Shown here: positions 11,716 through 24,395 of the stretch, piece after piece
Layout: each line of letters begins with the position of its first letter
Numbering within the stretch: the first letter of the stretch is position 1
Program-made: the position numbers and the translations under genes
DNA from: Mobula hypostoma
Lineage: Eukaryota
Assembly: GCF_963921235.1 (NCBI RefSeq)
Contig: NC_086109.1
Coordinates: 33,668,001 to 33,732,000 of the forward strand
Direction: 5' to 3'
Length of the DNA: 64,000 bases
Notes under the pieces: generated by a model
Told to the model about the DNA's origin: nothing
What the model saw: the letters and a program-made list of their open reading frames with translations, nothing else
Database searches by the model: none

Positions 11716-12341
11716 CAGCAGATTATGGTTAATTGGGACACATTAGGCTGCATTCACTTTGGCCCAATTAAATGGCTGCCCCAATTAGCCAAAGTTTCAT
11801 GGAAATAGTTTGAAAATGACAATCTACAGTTGAACTGATTAACAATTGTTGCATTTAAATATTTGAATGAAATAAAGAACAAATTTGAACCCATCTATTA
11901 CTACTACAGTATGATAAAACTGTGTATTAGTTCCTAATAGTCATCGACAATTAGGTGTATATTTCATACAGTGTACATTGCCGTGTTCTTTTCATTGACT
12001 GTATAAGAGAACAAAATCAGTGCAGACACCTAGTGTATATAATGGACTATGTTCATTGCCTTCCAGCATGTAGTAATCTTGGAATCCAACATAGGTTTCC
12101 TGGCATCCTGTGTAGTCACTAGCTCAAGTTCAGATGTGTTAGCTTCATCACAAAGTGTAGAGTCTAAGAGCCACACGAGTGGATGTGACTGCTGCTAGTT
12201 AGAAACTGTTCAGCAACAGTCTTCCGTTTCAAATAAAGGGCATTGTGTCCCAAATAAACAAAAGGAATCCTAGATGATTTCTCAATTAGTTTTTGTTCTT
12301 TAAGAGTTGTTCTAGCCACCCCAATTAACCGGAGTCCACTG
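11716..12341. mobile_element. Non-autonomous Tigger/pogo-type element (MITE-like)
   Basis: Left end CAGCAGATTATGGTTAATTGGG; right end reverse-complements to CAGTGGACTCCGGTTAATTGGG, followed by TA (12342-12343); flanking CR1 sequence rejoins across it. Confidence 0.75.
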
Positions 12342-13224
12342 TATTTATTAATCCTACTCTTTAGAATGCTTTCCAACAATTTACCCATTACTGACATCAG
12401 GCTCACTGGTCGATAATGTACTGGCTATTTCTTAAAACCTTTCGGAACAAAGGAGGAACATTAGTTATCCTCCAGTCCTCTGTCAGCTCACCCATGACCT
12501 AGATTATTTTAACTATTCTACTATGGCATCTGGAGATTCTTCAGTAGCCTCCCACAAGGTCCAAGGGGATACCTTGTCAGACCCTGCAACTTTTCCACCC
12601 TAATTTGCCTGAGGACAGCCAGCAGCTCTTCTTCCATAATCCAGACATGGTCTATGACCTCACTACTCCTTTGCCTCAGTTCTACAATTTGTGTCTGTTT
12701 CCCAAGAAAATAGTGGTGTAAAAAATCCATCTCCTCCCCTGCTCTTTCAGTTTCATGATCGTGCTGATCTTCAAGACAACCAACTATGTCTCTTGCTAAC
12801 CTTTTGCTCTTAAGATAGTGATAGAAACCCCTGGGATTTTCTTTCATCTTGTATGGCCCTGCAACCTCACGTCCTCTTTTACGCTCCTGATTTCTTTCTT
12901 AAAAGGTCTCCTTCATTTCTTATACTCTCGAGTGCCTCATTTGATATTTCCTTTTCTTAACCAGGGCCTCAAAATTCCTCAATAACCAACTTTCTCTAAA
13001 CCTGTAAGCCTTGCCTTTTACTCCAAAAGGAACATACAAATTCTGTGCTCTCAACATTTCACTTTTGAAAACCTCCCACTTACCAAGCATCTTTTTGCCA
13101 GAAAACAAACCTATTCCAATTCATGCCTGCTGGATCCTTTCAGATGCCACTAAAATTGGGCTTTTCCCAATTTAGCATTACAATACTAGTCCTATCCTTC
13201 TCCATAATTACCTTGAAAGTAATG

Positions 13225-13785
13225 ATTCCTTCAGGTTATCATACCCAGGGGAGGAAAGGTGGTGGTGGGGGGGTATATCCTCCCACTACCTATTAAAGGC
13301 CCTCAAAGGCGTGCGTCTCAAACAGCCTCTGGCAACCCAGTCCAGCACCTGGCCTTCACATGTGGCTTACTCAATAAGCCCAGTGGAACCACTTCTACTG
13401 ACAGGGGAAAGGGCAAAGGTGGGTTACCGGTGCCTTAAAACCAGTCACTTCAGGCAGACTCTGACCTCAAACCTCTGCTGCCTTGCAGCTTTACCCACAC
13501 ATGGGGATGGCTTTGGGATTAAATCCTGAGGAAAAATCCAGAGCTGGAGTCCCTAAGGCCATCCTATGATGAGTTCTACGCAGACTGGCAACTCCTGAGA
13601 GGCTGCTTGTTCCATCACTTTCTCCACTTCTTTGAATTCATCAGTTTCGTGGAAAGGGGGATCCTGCAACAAGGGCAACAGCCTGCTCTCCATGTTCTAC
13701 AGCCCTGGCTTGTGTACTGGCTGACATATCGCGTAGACAGCTCGGAGACAAGAGCCGTGGTTGACCCCAACCAATGGAGGGCCTG
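13225..13785. repeat. Unclassified ~560-bp non-coding insertion in CR1 (possibly RTE 5'-UTR-derived)
   Basis: CR1 sequence TTGAAAGTAATG|GAATTATGATC is split with AATG on both sides (13221-13224, 13786-13789); family assignment is by recollection only. Confidence 0.45.
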
Positions 13786-14297
13786 AATGGAATTATGATC
13801 GCTGAATCCGAAGTGTTAGCCTACACAAACTTCTGTCACCTATCCTGTCTCAATTCCCAGGACGAGATCCAGTACATTTATTTAAATAAAATAAACTGTA
13901 TTCAGAATAGTAATAATATTTTCGAGTATAAACCATTCAATGCCTTTCACTCTTCACATACATGGTAAACTTCCAGGGCACCATGAAGGCGATGTGTGTG
14001 AGCAGCCCCAATGAAATTCATCAAATATTCCCTTCTTAGACTGCTACAGCTGAAATCCACATCTGCAGCCATGGACAATACTTCGTTCTATGGCATTTGA
14101 AAAAACGCGAGACTTGGCTATCCCCTGCCATTCTGGTTGCAGTGATACTGCTCACTGGCTTCACAATCGAGAATTATGAGAATGCTTTATGACCACCTTC
14201 TCGTGATGTTAAAAGGTGAGAGTTTTGTCCCAGTCCTACTCACACTACCTGGAACATCTCGCCATCAAGTGCTGCAGGACTTTTCAGCCATCATCTT

Positions 14298-15222
14298 ACA
14301 CCATAAAATCTCGGGGCAGAATTAGGCCATTTGGTCCATCAAGTCTGTTCCGCCATTTCATCATTTTCCTCTTTGCCCCAATATCCTGCCTTCTCCCGGT
14401 ATCCTTTCCTGCCCTGACTAATCTAGAATCTAGCAACCTCTGCCTTAAATATACCCAATGACTTGGCCTCCACAGCTGCATGTGGTGACGAAATCCACAT
14501 ATTCACCATTGTCTGGCTAAGGAAATTCCTCCTCATCTCCATTCTAAATGGACTTCCCTCTTTTCTGAGGATGTGTCCTCTGCTCTTAGACTCCCCTAGC
14601 AGAGGAAGCATCCTCTCCACGTTCACTGTATCAAGGTCTTTCAATATTAGAGGAATTTCATTGAGATCTCCCCTCATTATTCTGAATTCCAGTGAGAATA
14701 GGCCCACCAGAGCCATCAAACTCTCATCTGACAAACCTTTCAACCAGAATCATTTTGTGGACCTCCTTTGAACCCTCTCTAACGTCAGCACATCTTTTCT
14801 TAAATAATGGAGCCAAACCAAGTGAAGTCTCGCCAATGCCATATAAAGCCTCAACATTACATATTTGCTTTTATATTCTAGTCTTCTTGAAATGAATGCT
14901 AACATCGCACCTGCCTTCCTCTCCACCAACTCAACCTGCAAATTAAGCTTTAGTGAATCCTACACAAGGACCCCAAGTCCCCTTGCACCTCAGATTTTTG
15001 GATTTTCTCTCCATTTCGAAAATAGTCTATACTTTTATTTCTTCTATTAATGTGCATGATCATACATTTCCTGACAATGTATTCCATCCACCACTTCTAT
15101 ATCCCCTCTCCTAATCTGTCATAAGTCCTCCTGTAATGTCCCTGATTCCTCAGAGCTACTTGCCCCTCCATCTATCTTTGTATCAACTGCAAACCTGGCC
15201 ACAAAACGCCATTAATTCCATC
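14298..15222 (-). mobile_element. CR1 3' portion
   Basis: ORFs 14750..14941 (AMLAFISRRLEYKSK), 14423..14743 (GLFSLEFRIMRGDL...EMRRNFLSQ) and CR1 3' UTR. Confidence 0.9.
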
Positions 15223-15291
15223 ATAGAATCATAGGGTTGTTTGTGGTGACATGTATGTACTCTGACACTGAACTTTACTTTGAACTTCTGA

Positions 15292-15535
15292 ACGTTGAAC
15301 TTCGGTAAACTGTCCTGTCTTATCAGATACCTTCTCCTTCAGCCCTTTACCTTCACCACCTGTCACCTCCAGGCTTTTCACTTCATCCCCTCACTCCATC
15401 CATTTACCTTCCTCCTCATCTGGCTTCATCTATCACTTGCCAGCCTGTCCTCTTTCCCCTGCCCCAACCACCTTCTGGCCTCTTCCCCATTCCTTTCCAG
15501 CCCTGATGAAGGGTCTCAGGCTGAAACATTGATAT
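15292..15535 (+). mobile_element. Penelope-like 3' tail with decayed hammerhead motif
   Basis: Pyrimidine-rich tail ending CCCTGATGAAGGGTCTCAGGCTGAAACATTGA, homologous to 54122-54158. Confidence 0.7.
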
Positions 15536-15537
15536 TC

Positions 15538-17085
15538 CACAAGACCATAAGATATACAAGCAGAATTAGGCTATTTGGCCCATTGAGTCTGCTCTGCCAT
15601 TTTATCATGGCTGATCTATTTTTCCTCTCAGCCCCAATCTCCTGCCTTCCCACCATATCCCTTCATGCCCTGACCAATTAAGAATCTATCCACCGCTGCC
15701 TTAAATATACATAAAGACTTGGCCTCCACAACTGCCTGTGGCAATGAATACCACAGATTCACCACTCTCCGACTAAAGAAATTGCTCCTCATCTCCGTTC
15801 TAAAAGGACCCTCCTCTATTCTGAGTGTCTGGTCTTAGACACTCCCCCATTGGAAACACCACAGAAAAGCATCGTCCATCACCAAAGACCCTCACCACCC
15901 AAGGTATCTCTTTTCTCACTCCTGCCTGCAGGTTGAAGATACAAGAGCCTCAGGACTTACACCACAAGGTTCAGGAAGAGTTACTACCCCTCAGCCATCC
16001 CACTCTGGGAAAAAGGGGATAGTTACACTCATTCTGTTTCTGGTGTTCTCACAACAGATGGTCTCATCTTAAGGATTTTTTTTTCTTGTTATTTCAAGCT
16101 TGCGTTATTTATTGCTATTTATTTATATTTATATTTGCACAGTTTGTTTTTCATTGATCCTGTTTGCAATTACTGTTCTGTAGATATGCTAAGTCTACCC
16201 ACGGGAAAAAAAATGTGATGACATATATGTACTCCGATAATAAATTTTACATTGAATTTCAAAATCATCGACGTGTGACATAGAAAAAAGTCTCAACACA
16301 GACTACTGTGTAACACCACTAGTCACAGGCAGCCAGCCAAAAAGGATTCCTTTATTACCACCCATTGCCTCCTGCCAATCAGCCAATGATCTATCCATTC
16401 TAATATCTTTCCCGTAATACCAGGGGCTTTTAACTTGTTAAGTAGACTCACATGTGGCACATAGTCAAAGGCCCTCTGAAAATCCATATACATAACATCC
16501 ACTGATTCTTATTTGTCTATGTGTTATTTCTGCAAAGAATTCCAACTGACCATGCCTATTTTATCATGTGCCTCCAAGTACCCCAAAACCACATAGAAAC
16601 ATAGAAAACCTACAGCACAATACAGGTCTTTCGGCCCACAAAGTTGTGCCGAACATGTCCCTACCTTAGAAATTACTAGGCTTACCCATAGCCCTCTATT
16701 TTTCTAAGTTCCATGTAGCTATCCAAAAGTCTCTTAGAAGACCCTATCATATCACATCCTTAATAATTGACTCCAACATCTTCCCAACCAATGAGGTCAG
16801 ATTAACTGGCCTATAATTTTGTTTCCTCTGCTTCCCTCCCTTCTTGAAGTGTGGAGTGAAATTTGTAATTTTTCAGTTCTCTGCAACCATGCCATAATCT
16901 TGAAAGAATTTTAATAATACTTCCATAATCCCTTCAGCTACCACTTTCAGAATCTTGAGATGTAGACCAAGTGGTCCAGTGATCTATCTACCTTAAGTCC
17001 TTTCAGTTTCCAAGGCACCTTCCCCCTAGCAATGTCAATTTCACTCACTTCTGCACCTGATACACTCAAACGTCCGGCACACTGT
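15538..17085 (-). mobile_element. CR1 fragments (3' end and RT pieces) with nested Rex1-type 3' end (15860-16262, +) and a CR1 3' UTR (16592-16747, -)
   Basis: CATAAGA and CATAGAAA tails; GTAACACCACTAGTCACAGGCAGCC (antisense of WLPVTSGV); ATAATAAATTTTACATTGAA Rex-type tail. Confidence 0.7.
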
Positions 17086-17765
17086 GAGGAAGCACCTCTA
17101 CTTCCTTAGGAGTTTGTGAAGATTCAGCATGACATCTAGGACTTTAAAAACTTCTATAATTGTGTGGTAGAGAGCATCACAACCTGATATGGAAACACCC
17201 GTGCCCTGGAATGGAAAATCCTACAAACGTAGTGGAAACAGCCCAGTCGATCATGGGTAAAGCCTACCCATCATTGAGCACAAAGCAATGAAGCATCGTT
17301 GCAAGAAAGCAGCATCCATCATCAGGGATCCCCACCACCCAGGTCATGCTCTCTTCTTGCTGCTGCCATCAGGAAGCAAGTGCAGGAACTTTACTTTCAG
17401 GAACATTTATTACCCCTCAACCATCAGGCTCTTGAACCAACAGCGATAACTTCACTTGCCCATCCACCCCATCATTGAAATGTCCCTACACCCTATAGAC
17501 TCACTTTGAAGGACTCTTCATCTCATATCCTCTATATTTATTGCTTATTTATTATTATTATTATTATTTTTATGTATTTGCACAGTTTGTTACTTGTTGC
17601 ACAGTGGTCGAATGCCCACGTTGGTACAGCCTTTCATTGTTTCAATTATGGTTATTATTGTATAATAGATTTATTGCGTATGCCTGCAAGAAAAAATCTC
17701 TGGGTTGTGCATGGTGACATATATGTAATTTGATAATAAATTTATTTTGAACTTTGAAGTTCAAT
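17086..17765 (+). mobile_element. Rex1/Babar-type LINE 3' end
   Basis: Decayed KAASIIRDPHHPGHALFLLLPSG coding remnant and GATAATAAATTTATTTTGAACTTTGAA tail. Confidence 0.8.
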
Positions 17766-18699
17766 TTCAAATCTCAGTGAAGCAGAGTCCATGTAAGATC
17801 AGGTTTATTATCAGTGACCCACTCGGTGTCGTGAATTTTGCTGTTCTGTAGCAGTAGTACAATGTAAGGCATTAAAATCAGCCACAAAATAAATAAGTAG
17901 GTAAGCAAATAAATAACTAGTAGACAGGCAAATAAATAGACAGTGTTAAAGTATAGTAAGCAGTTTTTTAGCCTCCTTTCAATTCCATGAAAGAGATTCT
18001 CAATTTACCAGTATTAAATTTGCTAACTCATAGTTTTTATGCAGCCCATTCATCTGCAGCTTCTGCACTTGTCACCTACAGTTTGTTCCTTTTTAAGGAT
18101 ACACAGTGTCAGTAAATGAGTTGGAAACATAAACCGTGAAATCTGTACATACTAGGTGTGATTCTTGACCTGTAATTGATAATGTGAATGAATAGATTTC
18201 CTACTGGCAAGTTGAGGGTTATGACGATGAAATTTCAGAAATGAGCTTTTGTACTGCATTAAAATGCTTAGGTTTAATTATATGTTTAAACAAGCCAAGA
18301 ACATAATTCATACAATCACACATTATACCTTTGATTGTGTAATCATTTTTTGTAGCTGCATATAATCAAGGGCTCCCTCCCAGTGGCTTGAACTTTCTGG
18401 ATTCACAGCAACAATAGTGGGAGTTCCTAGAGGCTTCAGCATATGCTAACATTACCACAGTATAATGGATGGTGTTAGCCCTGAACTGCCTAACAAGTTG
18501 CGGAAAGTAGGCAGATGTTTCAGATTATAAGGAGCACAGTCCATTTATAATAACTATCAGGATGACTGCATAAGAAAATGTAATTTTGGTAAAAAGATCA
18601 ATTATAACATAGGGATTGGGGAAAATAGGGATTGACAATTTTAACAAAACACAACACTTTAATTAGTATAATGGTAGCTGTCTACCTTTTGGAATAACA

Positions 18700-18955
18700 C
18701 CCTGCTGTGATGTCTGTGTTAAGTCTGCACTTTCTCTCAATGACCACCTTCAGTTTCCACCCAAATACTAAAGTCCAGCTGGTTTGTAGATTAACTGGCT
18801 TCTGTAAATTGCCCCTAGTGGTTAGTTGGTTTATAATTTGGTGGCATTAATAGAAATAGGGGGGAAATAAAATGGGGTTAGTGCCAGATTAGTGAAAGAG
18901 GTGCTCGATAGATTGTTTAAAGGGCTTGTTCCCTCCTGTATGACTTTATCACACT
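18700..18955 (+). mobile_element. Decayed HE1/V-SINE-like SINE
   Basis: GTCTGTGTTAAGTCTGCACTTTCTC...CAGTTTCCACCCA...TGTAAATTGCCCCTAGTG core and CR1-like tail GGGCTTGTTCCCTCCTGTATGAC. Confidence 0.6.
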
Positions 18956-19107
18956 ATAAACGACATGTTCTTGTATGAGAACTTTGGAAATGCCGAAGTT
19001 ATTATCAAAGGCTATTTCAGAGCATGAAACATATTTTGAAGTTATACATCAAAAAAAGGCAGCAAAGTATTAGGTTCATGTTGAAGTACTATATCGATTG
19101 CAGAGTC

Positions 19108-21022
19108 TGTTATAAGTCTTCTGGGAATGGAAAGGAGACATACTCTGACTGCCATCCTACAGGGCTCTATACCAGTATAGGGACCATAGAGATAGTGTCA
19201 GGTCTACACAGTCTCCACCCAGCTAACAGGAGGCACCTGCAATTTGTTTCCAAGTCGTCACCTGCAGCTCTCAGCCGCAATCCTTGTTGACTCATACAAA
19301 CCAGCCTCAAACAATTGTTCCGAGACTTTAATTACATGTTGCATTGGTGTGTTAAGTATCTGCTCTCTCTTGTCTTATGGCCCCTTGTGGTTTGTACTTT
19401 TGCAGTTTATTAGTAAAATACAGTTTACTGCTAAATCGTCTCCACTGCTATGTATTTGGGACAAGTCTCCTCTACATTTCCTGACGGGATGACTGAACCA
19501 ATGATTGACTCAGCAGAGTTTACTCACCTAAAGGGAGTCGTTCATCAACACAAGCACGTGATCCCGAAGCAGCAGAAAACCACTGACCATCTGCTTGCCA
19601 CGTTCAACCAGCTCTGCACCTTGATACAGCAACAACTACCGCCCCCCCCACCCCGCCAGTCAACCTCCTCCCTCAGAGCCCTGGATTTTGGAGCCTGAAC
19701 GCTTTGACAGATCCCCAACCTGATGCTGCAACTTCCTATCCCAGTATATGTTACAATTTGAGCTCCAGCCATCTCGATATTCTACAGGTTGGCCCAAAAT
19801 TGCCATAGTCATTTCTCTCTTGACTGGGCGAGCTCTAACCTGGGCGACCGCTAGCTGCGACAATGAAACTACCATTTGCAATGAATGTGAAGGTTTTACC
19901 GCTGAGATGTGTAGGTTTTTGACCATTTGGGAATTGGATGGGAGGCACCGGATTGCATAGTTCCCCTGCGTCAAAGCTCACGGTTGGTGTTGGATTACTC
20001 TGTGGAACTCAGGACCCTCACAGTGGAGTGCAGCTGAAATGTGGAAATGCTACTGGCCCTTTACCATCACGGCCTCTCAGAGCACTTGAAAGGGAAGCAG
20101 TCTATCCGGCAGATGCCCATCAAACTCGAAAGCCTCATCACTCTGGCTTTACGAATTTACAAAAGCCTTATTGACTGACCCTCCAGATTAACTGCCAGAA
20201 CCCCAATTCCATTTCCAGAACCATTTCAGACTGCAGAACTCTCATCATCAATGTCTCCAGAATCCAGGCGGTTAGAGAGAACTCCCTTAACCACCCCAAG
20301 AGTGTGAGAAACAACTTGTAGACTTGTGCACTTACTGCAGGTCTACCAATCACCCATGCATCAAACGCCCACTGCATCCAGGAAACAAGCACCACAAGGT
20401 AGAGACAAGGGGTATTCTATCTGGTAAGCACTCTCCAGCCTCTCGTTCCAGCACCATAGCCCAACCGACTCCCTCTGTCCTCTGGTGGTTGCCGGTGCAA
20501 CAGGCAGCTTTCTGGACTGGACTATGTGTGCAGCTTGGACTCCCTACTGAACCTATCCATCACCCGTTCTGCATCCCTTGGGGTCTCGGATGGTTAAAGC
20601 ACGCACACGGCCTGTGCACGTGCTCATCAGGGTCACTCAGTTCCTCCTTATCGACTTGCCAACATTCCCCTCATCCTGAGTTACTCCTGGCTCTCCATCC
20701 TTGATTCTCAGTTTGCCTGGTCATCCTGTTCACTGCCGAATTAGGGACCCATCTGCCAGATCATGTCCTACAACCTCAGTTGACTTCACTCCATAAGTCC
20801 CAGGAAATGGAGGAAACCTCACCAACCCCCAGCAGGAATACCGCAACTTCGCCATTGCCTTCAGTAAAAGGGAAGTCAGTACCCTGCTGCGCCACAGACC
20901 ACACAACTGTGCAATTGACCTTCTCCTGGGCACCACCCCTCCCCAAAGTCATCTGTTCTCCCTCTCCCCTCCTAAGACCCAAGCCATGAATGACTACATC
21001 ACTGAAGGACTACAGCATGGTT
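19108..21022 (+). mobile_element. Ty3/Gypsy (sushi-type) retrotransposon: 5' LTR, decayed gag/protease and start of RT; 3'-truncated
   Basis: LTR-like end TATTTGGG...CCTGACG at ~19486; gag LQFELQPSRYST...KIAIVISLLTGRALTWATA (19748..19960); knuckle CTYCRSTNH (20324); pre-RT remnants LPHRPHNCAIDLL at ~20885-20925. 5' boundary approximate. Confidence 0.85.
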
Positions 21023-21044
21023 TCATTTGACTGTCCTAGTCAAA

Positions 21045-21296
21045 TGTGCTGGGGCAGCAGGCTGAGGGTAGCAGACACCAACAGAATCAACAAACTCATT
21101 CGTAAGGCCAGTGATGTTGTGGGGATGGAACTGGACTCCGTCACAGTGTGTCTGAAAAGAGGATGCTGTCTAAGTTGCATGCCATCTTGGTCAATGTCTC
21201 CCATCCACTACATAATGTACTGGGTGGGCACAGGAGTACATTCAGCCAGAGACTCATTCCACCGAGATGCAGCACTGAGCGTCATAGGAAGTCATT
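21045..21296 (+). mobile_element. Rex1-type RT C-terminal fragment, near-identical to 27045-27295
   Basis: CWGSRLRVADTNRINKLIRKASDVVGMELDS...HPLHNVL...RCSTERHRKS in both copies. Confidence 0.9.
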
Positions 21297-21405
21297 GATA
21301 TACTTCCTATATCAGTCCTACAGATGCTGCTTGGCCTGCTGCGTTCACCAGCAACTTTGATGTGTGTTGCTTGAAGTTCCAGCATCTGCAGAATTCCTGT
21401 TGTTG
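21297..21405 (+). mobile_element. Penelope-like terminal tail
   Basis: AGATGCTGCTTGGCCTGCTGCGTTCACCAGCAACTTTGATGTGTGTTGCTTGAA...CAGCATCTGCAGAATTCCTGTTGTT, reverse complement of 53005-53090. Confidence 0.85.
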
Positions 21406-22431
21406 GCCTTTCTCAGATTCTGTTTTGCACTGTCCTTTAACGTAATTGTTTCATTGCTTCACATTAGGATGCATTGTCTTTGTGTTAGTTATCCAACTCA
21501 ATCACCTGCGAATAAACAATGAATTTGTGAGTCTGTGCGAAGCATTATCTGACGACGTTAGCTGAAGGATACACTTTCAATGATGTTCAGATTGCCAAGG
21601 TGCAAGAGAAGGGGATCCCATGAAAATATCCCAAAGTATAACATATAAGTTAATTCAGAACTTTGTATATAATTCATCTAAGCTTGTGTAAAGACTTAGC
21701 TCTGAAAACTTTGATCTTGATTTCTGGAGATGAGAAAGAGTTTCTTTGGTATTACCTTTTCTGCCATCCTCTCTCACCACTGGCGAGACATGAGAGTAAT
21801 GGATGGGGAAGGGTAGCCAACTAGGACAAACACTTCCCTTCCTAATGAAGACAAATCACATTAAGAATGCATGCTTAGGCACATACACGTCCTCCAAAAG
21901 CTGTCACATTAAAATGCATACACACGCTCCTCATCATTATGTCTGACAGGGTTAGGTGTAGAAACCTTCAAATTTAACTGCAGGTCGAATTCTTGGCAGC
22001 TGTATAGCACATCTTCATCATATTCCCTTAATGCAGAAGAAGGAGTAGTAAGGAAAGATTAATCATAAACCAATTAGGGGACCTCCCTCCTCACAGAAAG
22101 AATAATCATGAAGCTCATATGAGGAACTTCGGAATGAAAATCAGGTCACTGATGTTGGCATCACTGGCATAAAATATGCCATGAAATTAGTAGTTTGTGG
22201 CAGCAGTACATTGCAATACATGATAATAAAGACTATAAATTTCAATAATTATATATCAAAAATAGAAAATTAATTAAGTAGTACAAAAAGAGAGGGGATA
22301 AATGTAGTGTTCATGGGTTCATTCTCCATTCAGAAGTCTATGGCAGAGGGGAAGAAGCTGTTTCTGAAACTCTGAGTGTGTGCCTTCAAGCTCCTCTACC
22401 TCCTCCTTGATGGTAGCCATGAGAAGAGGGA

Positions 22432-23590
22432 CAGTTTTGGTCACCAAATTAGAGAAAAGATGTCAACAAAATAGAGAGAGTACAGAGAAGATTTGTCAAG
22501 TAGGGAATCATACACAATCCTGATTTGATGGAGACAGACATGAGTGCACAGCAGAACATCTGGAAAACTTCTGAAATGCCGTTTTGCTGCCACTGCTACT
22601 GTGTGGAAACCAGAATCTCCGGAGCTGAAGGCCCCGAAATCCTCGGCTTTGCGTGTTTCAGCGGCCGGGGAGAGGTCGAAGGTGCTCGGCAGAGGATGGC
22701 GCTCGGGAGGCGGTATCGGAGAGGCTGCTTGGAAGCTCGGAGTTTTCGGACGGATGGACTCAGTGTTGGCCGGGGTTGGCTGCTTCCAAGGTATCGGCAA
22801 GTTGACAGTGCCTTGAGGTTTATGGCAGGGAGCTTGTCCCATTTACCGCCTGCTATCAGGGACTCAAGAATCGATTGACTCAGGACTTTGAGACTTTTTT
22901 TTACAGTGCCCATGGTCAGTTCTTTATAAACTATTGTATTGCTTTGCACTGCTGTAACTATATGTTATAATTATGTGGTTCTGTCAGTGTTAGTCTTTGG
23001 TCTGTACTGTTTTCTGTGATATCACTCTGGAGAAACATTGTATCATTTCTTAATTCATGTATGCATTTCTAAATGACAACAAAAGAGGACTGAGTGTTCT
23101 CATAATCTAAAATTTACTAGAATGTTACCTGGGTTTCATTACCTAAGTTACAGAGAAAGGTTGAACAAGTTGGGTCTTTATTCTTTGGAATGTAGGAAGT
23201 TGAGGGGGGACTTGATAGAGGTATTTAAAATTATGAGGGGGGATAGATAGAGTTGATGTGGGTAGGCTTTTTCCATTGAGAGTGGGGGAGATTCAAACAT
23301 GAGGACATGAGTTGAGAGTTAAAGGACAAAAGTTTAGGGGTAACATGAGGGGGAACTTCTTTACTCAGAGAGTGGTAGCTGTGTGGAACGAGCTTCCAGC
23401 AGAAGTGGTTGAGGCAGGTTCGATGTTGTCATTTAAAGTAAAAGTGGATAGATATATGGACAGGAAAGGAATGGAGGGTTATGGGCTGAGTGCAGGTCGG
23501 TGGGACTAGGTGAGAGTAAGAGTTCGGCATGGACTAGAAGGGCCAAGATGGCCTGTTTCCGTGCTGTAATTGCTATATGGTTATATGGCA
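22432..23590 (+). mobile_element. CR1 3' fragment nested in Rex1, itself interrupted at 22495-23109
   Basis: QFWSPN...KDVNKIERVQRRF (22432-22494) resumes as FTRMLPG at 23113; ORF 23312..23509 (RGNFFTQRVVAVWNELP); ATATGGTTATATGG tail. Confidence 0.88.
22495..23109 (+). mobile_element. Unclassified ~615-bp non-coding retroposon (SINE-like) with GC-rich body
   Basis: Splits the CR1 reading frame with ATTT duplicated (22491-22494, 23112-23115); 3' end TTCTAAATGACAACAAAAG...CATAATCTAA resembles Rex1/L2-type tails; no protein motifs. Confidence 0.6.
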
Positions 23591-24395
23591 ATGGGTGATG
23601 GAGGTCCTTAATAATGTATGCTATCATCTTTGGAAAGTGTCCCAGATGCTGGGAAGGCTAGTGCCCATGACATAGCTAGCTGAGTTTACAACTTGCTGCA
23701 GTCATTTTCGGATCCTGTGCAGTGGCCCCTCTATACCAGACTATGATGCAACCAGTTAGAAGGCTCTCCACAGTACATCTGTAGAAATTGGTGAGTGTCC
23801 TTGGTGACATACCAATTCTCTTCAAACTCCTAATGAGATATAGCCATTGTCATGCCCTCCTTGCTATTGTATCAATATGTTAGGCCCAGGATAGATCCTC
23901 AGAGATGTAGATATCCAGGAATTTGAAACTGCTCTCCCTTTCCACTTCGGATTCCTCATTGAGGACTGGTGTGTGTTCCATCAACTACCCCTTCCTGAAG
24001 TCCACAATCAATTCCTTAGTCTTACTGATGTTGTGTGCAAGGCTGTTACGGTGGAAACACACAACCAGCTGATCTATATCACTCCTGTATGCCTCCTCAT
24101 CACCATCTGAAGTTCTGCCAGTAATAGTTGTGTCACGGGAAAATTTATAGATGGCACTTGAGCTGTGCATAGCCACACAATCGTGGATGTAGAGAGAATA
24201 GAGCAGTGGGCTAAGCACACATCCTTCAGATGCACCAGTGTTTGACAGCAAGAAGGAGATGTTATTTCCAATCCATGCCAATTGTGGTTTCCTGGTGAGG
24301 ATCCAGTGGCAGAGGCTCAGGATTTGGAGCCTGTTGATTATAACTGAGGGTATGGCTGTGTTGAATGCTAAGCAGTAGTCACTAAACAACATCTT

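Larger units (their letters stand above)
11293..13880 (-). mobile_element. CR1 ORF2 fragments (EN to RT), interrupted by a MITE and an unclassified insert
   Basis: ORFs 12164..12406 (SLMSVMGKLLESILK), 12521..12847 (KENPRGFYHYLKSKR), 12920..13108 (GKWEVFKSEM). Confidence 0.85.
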
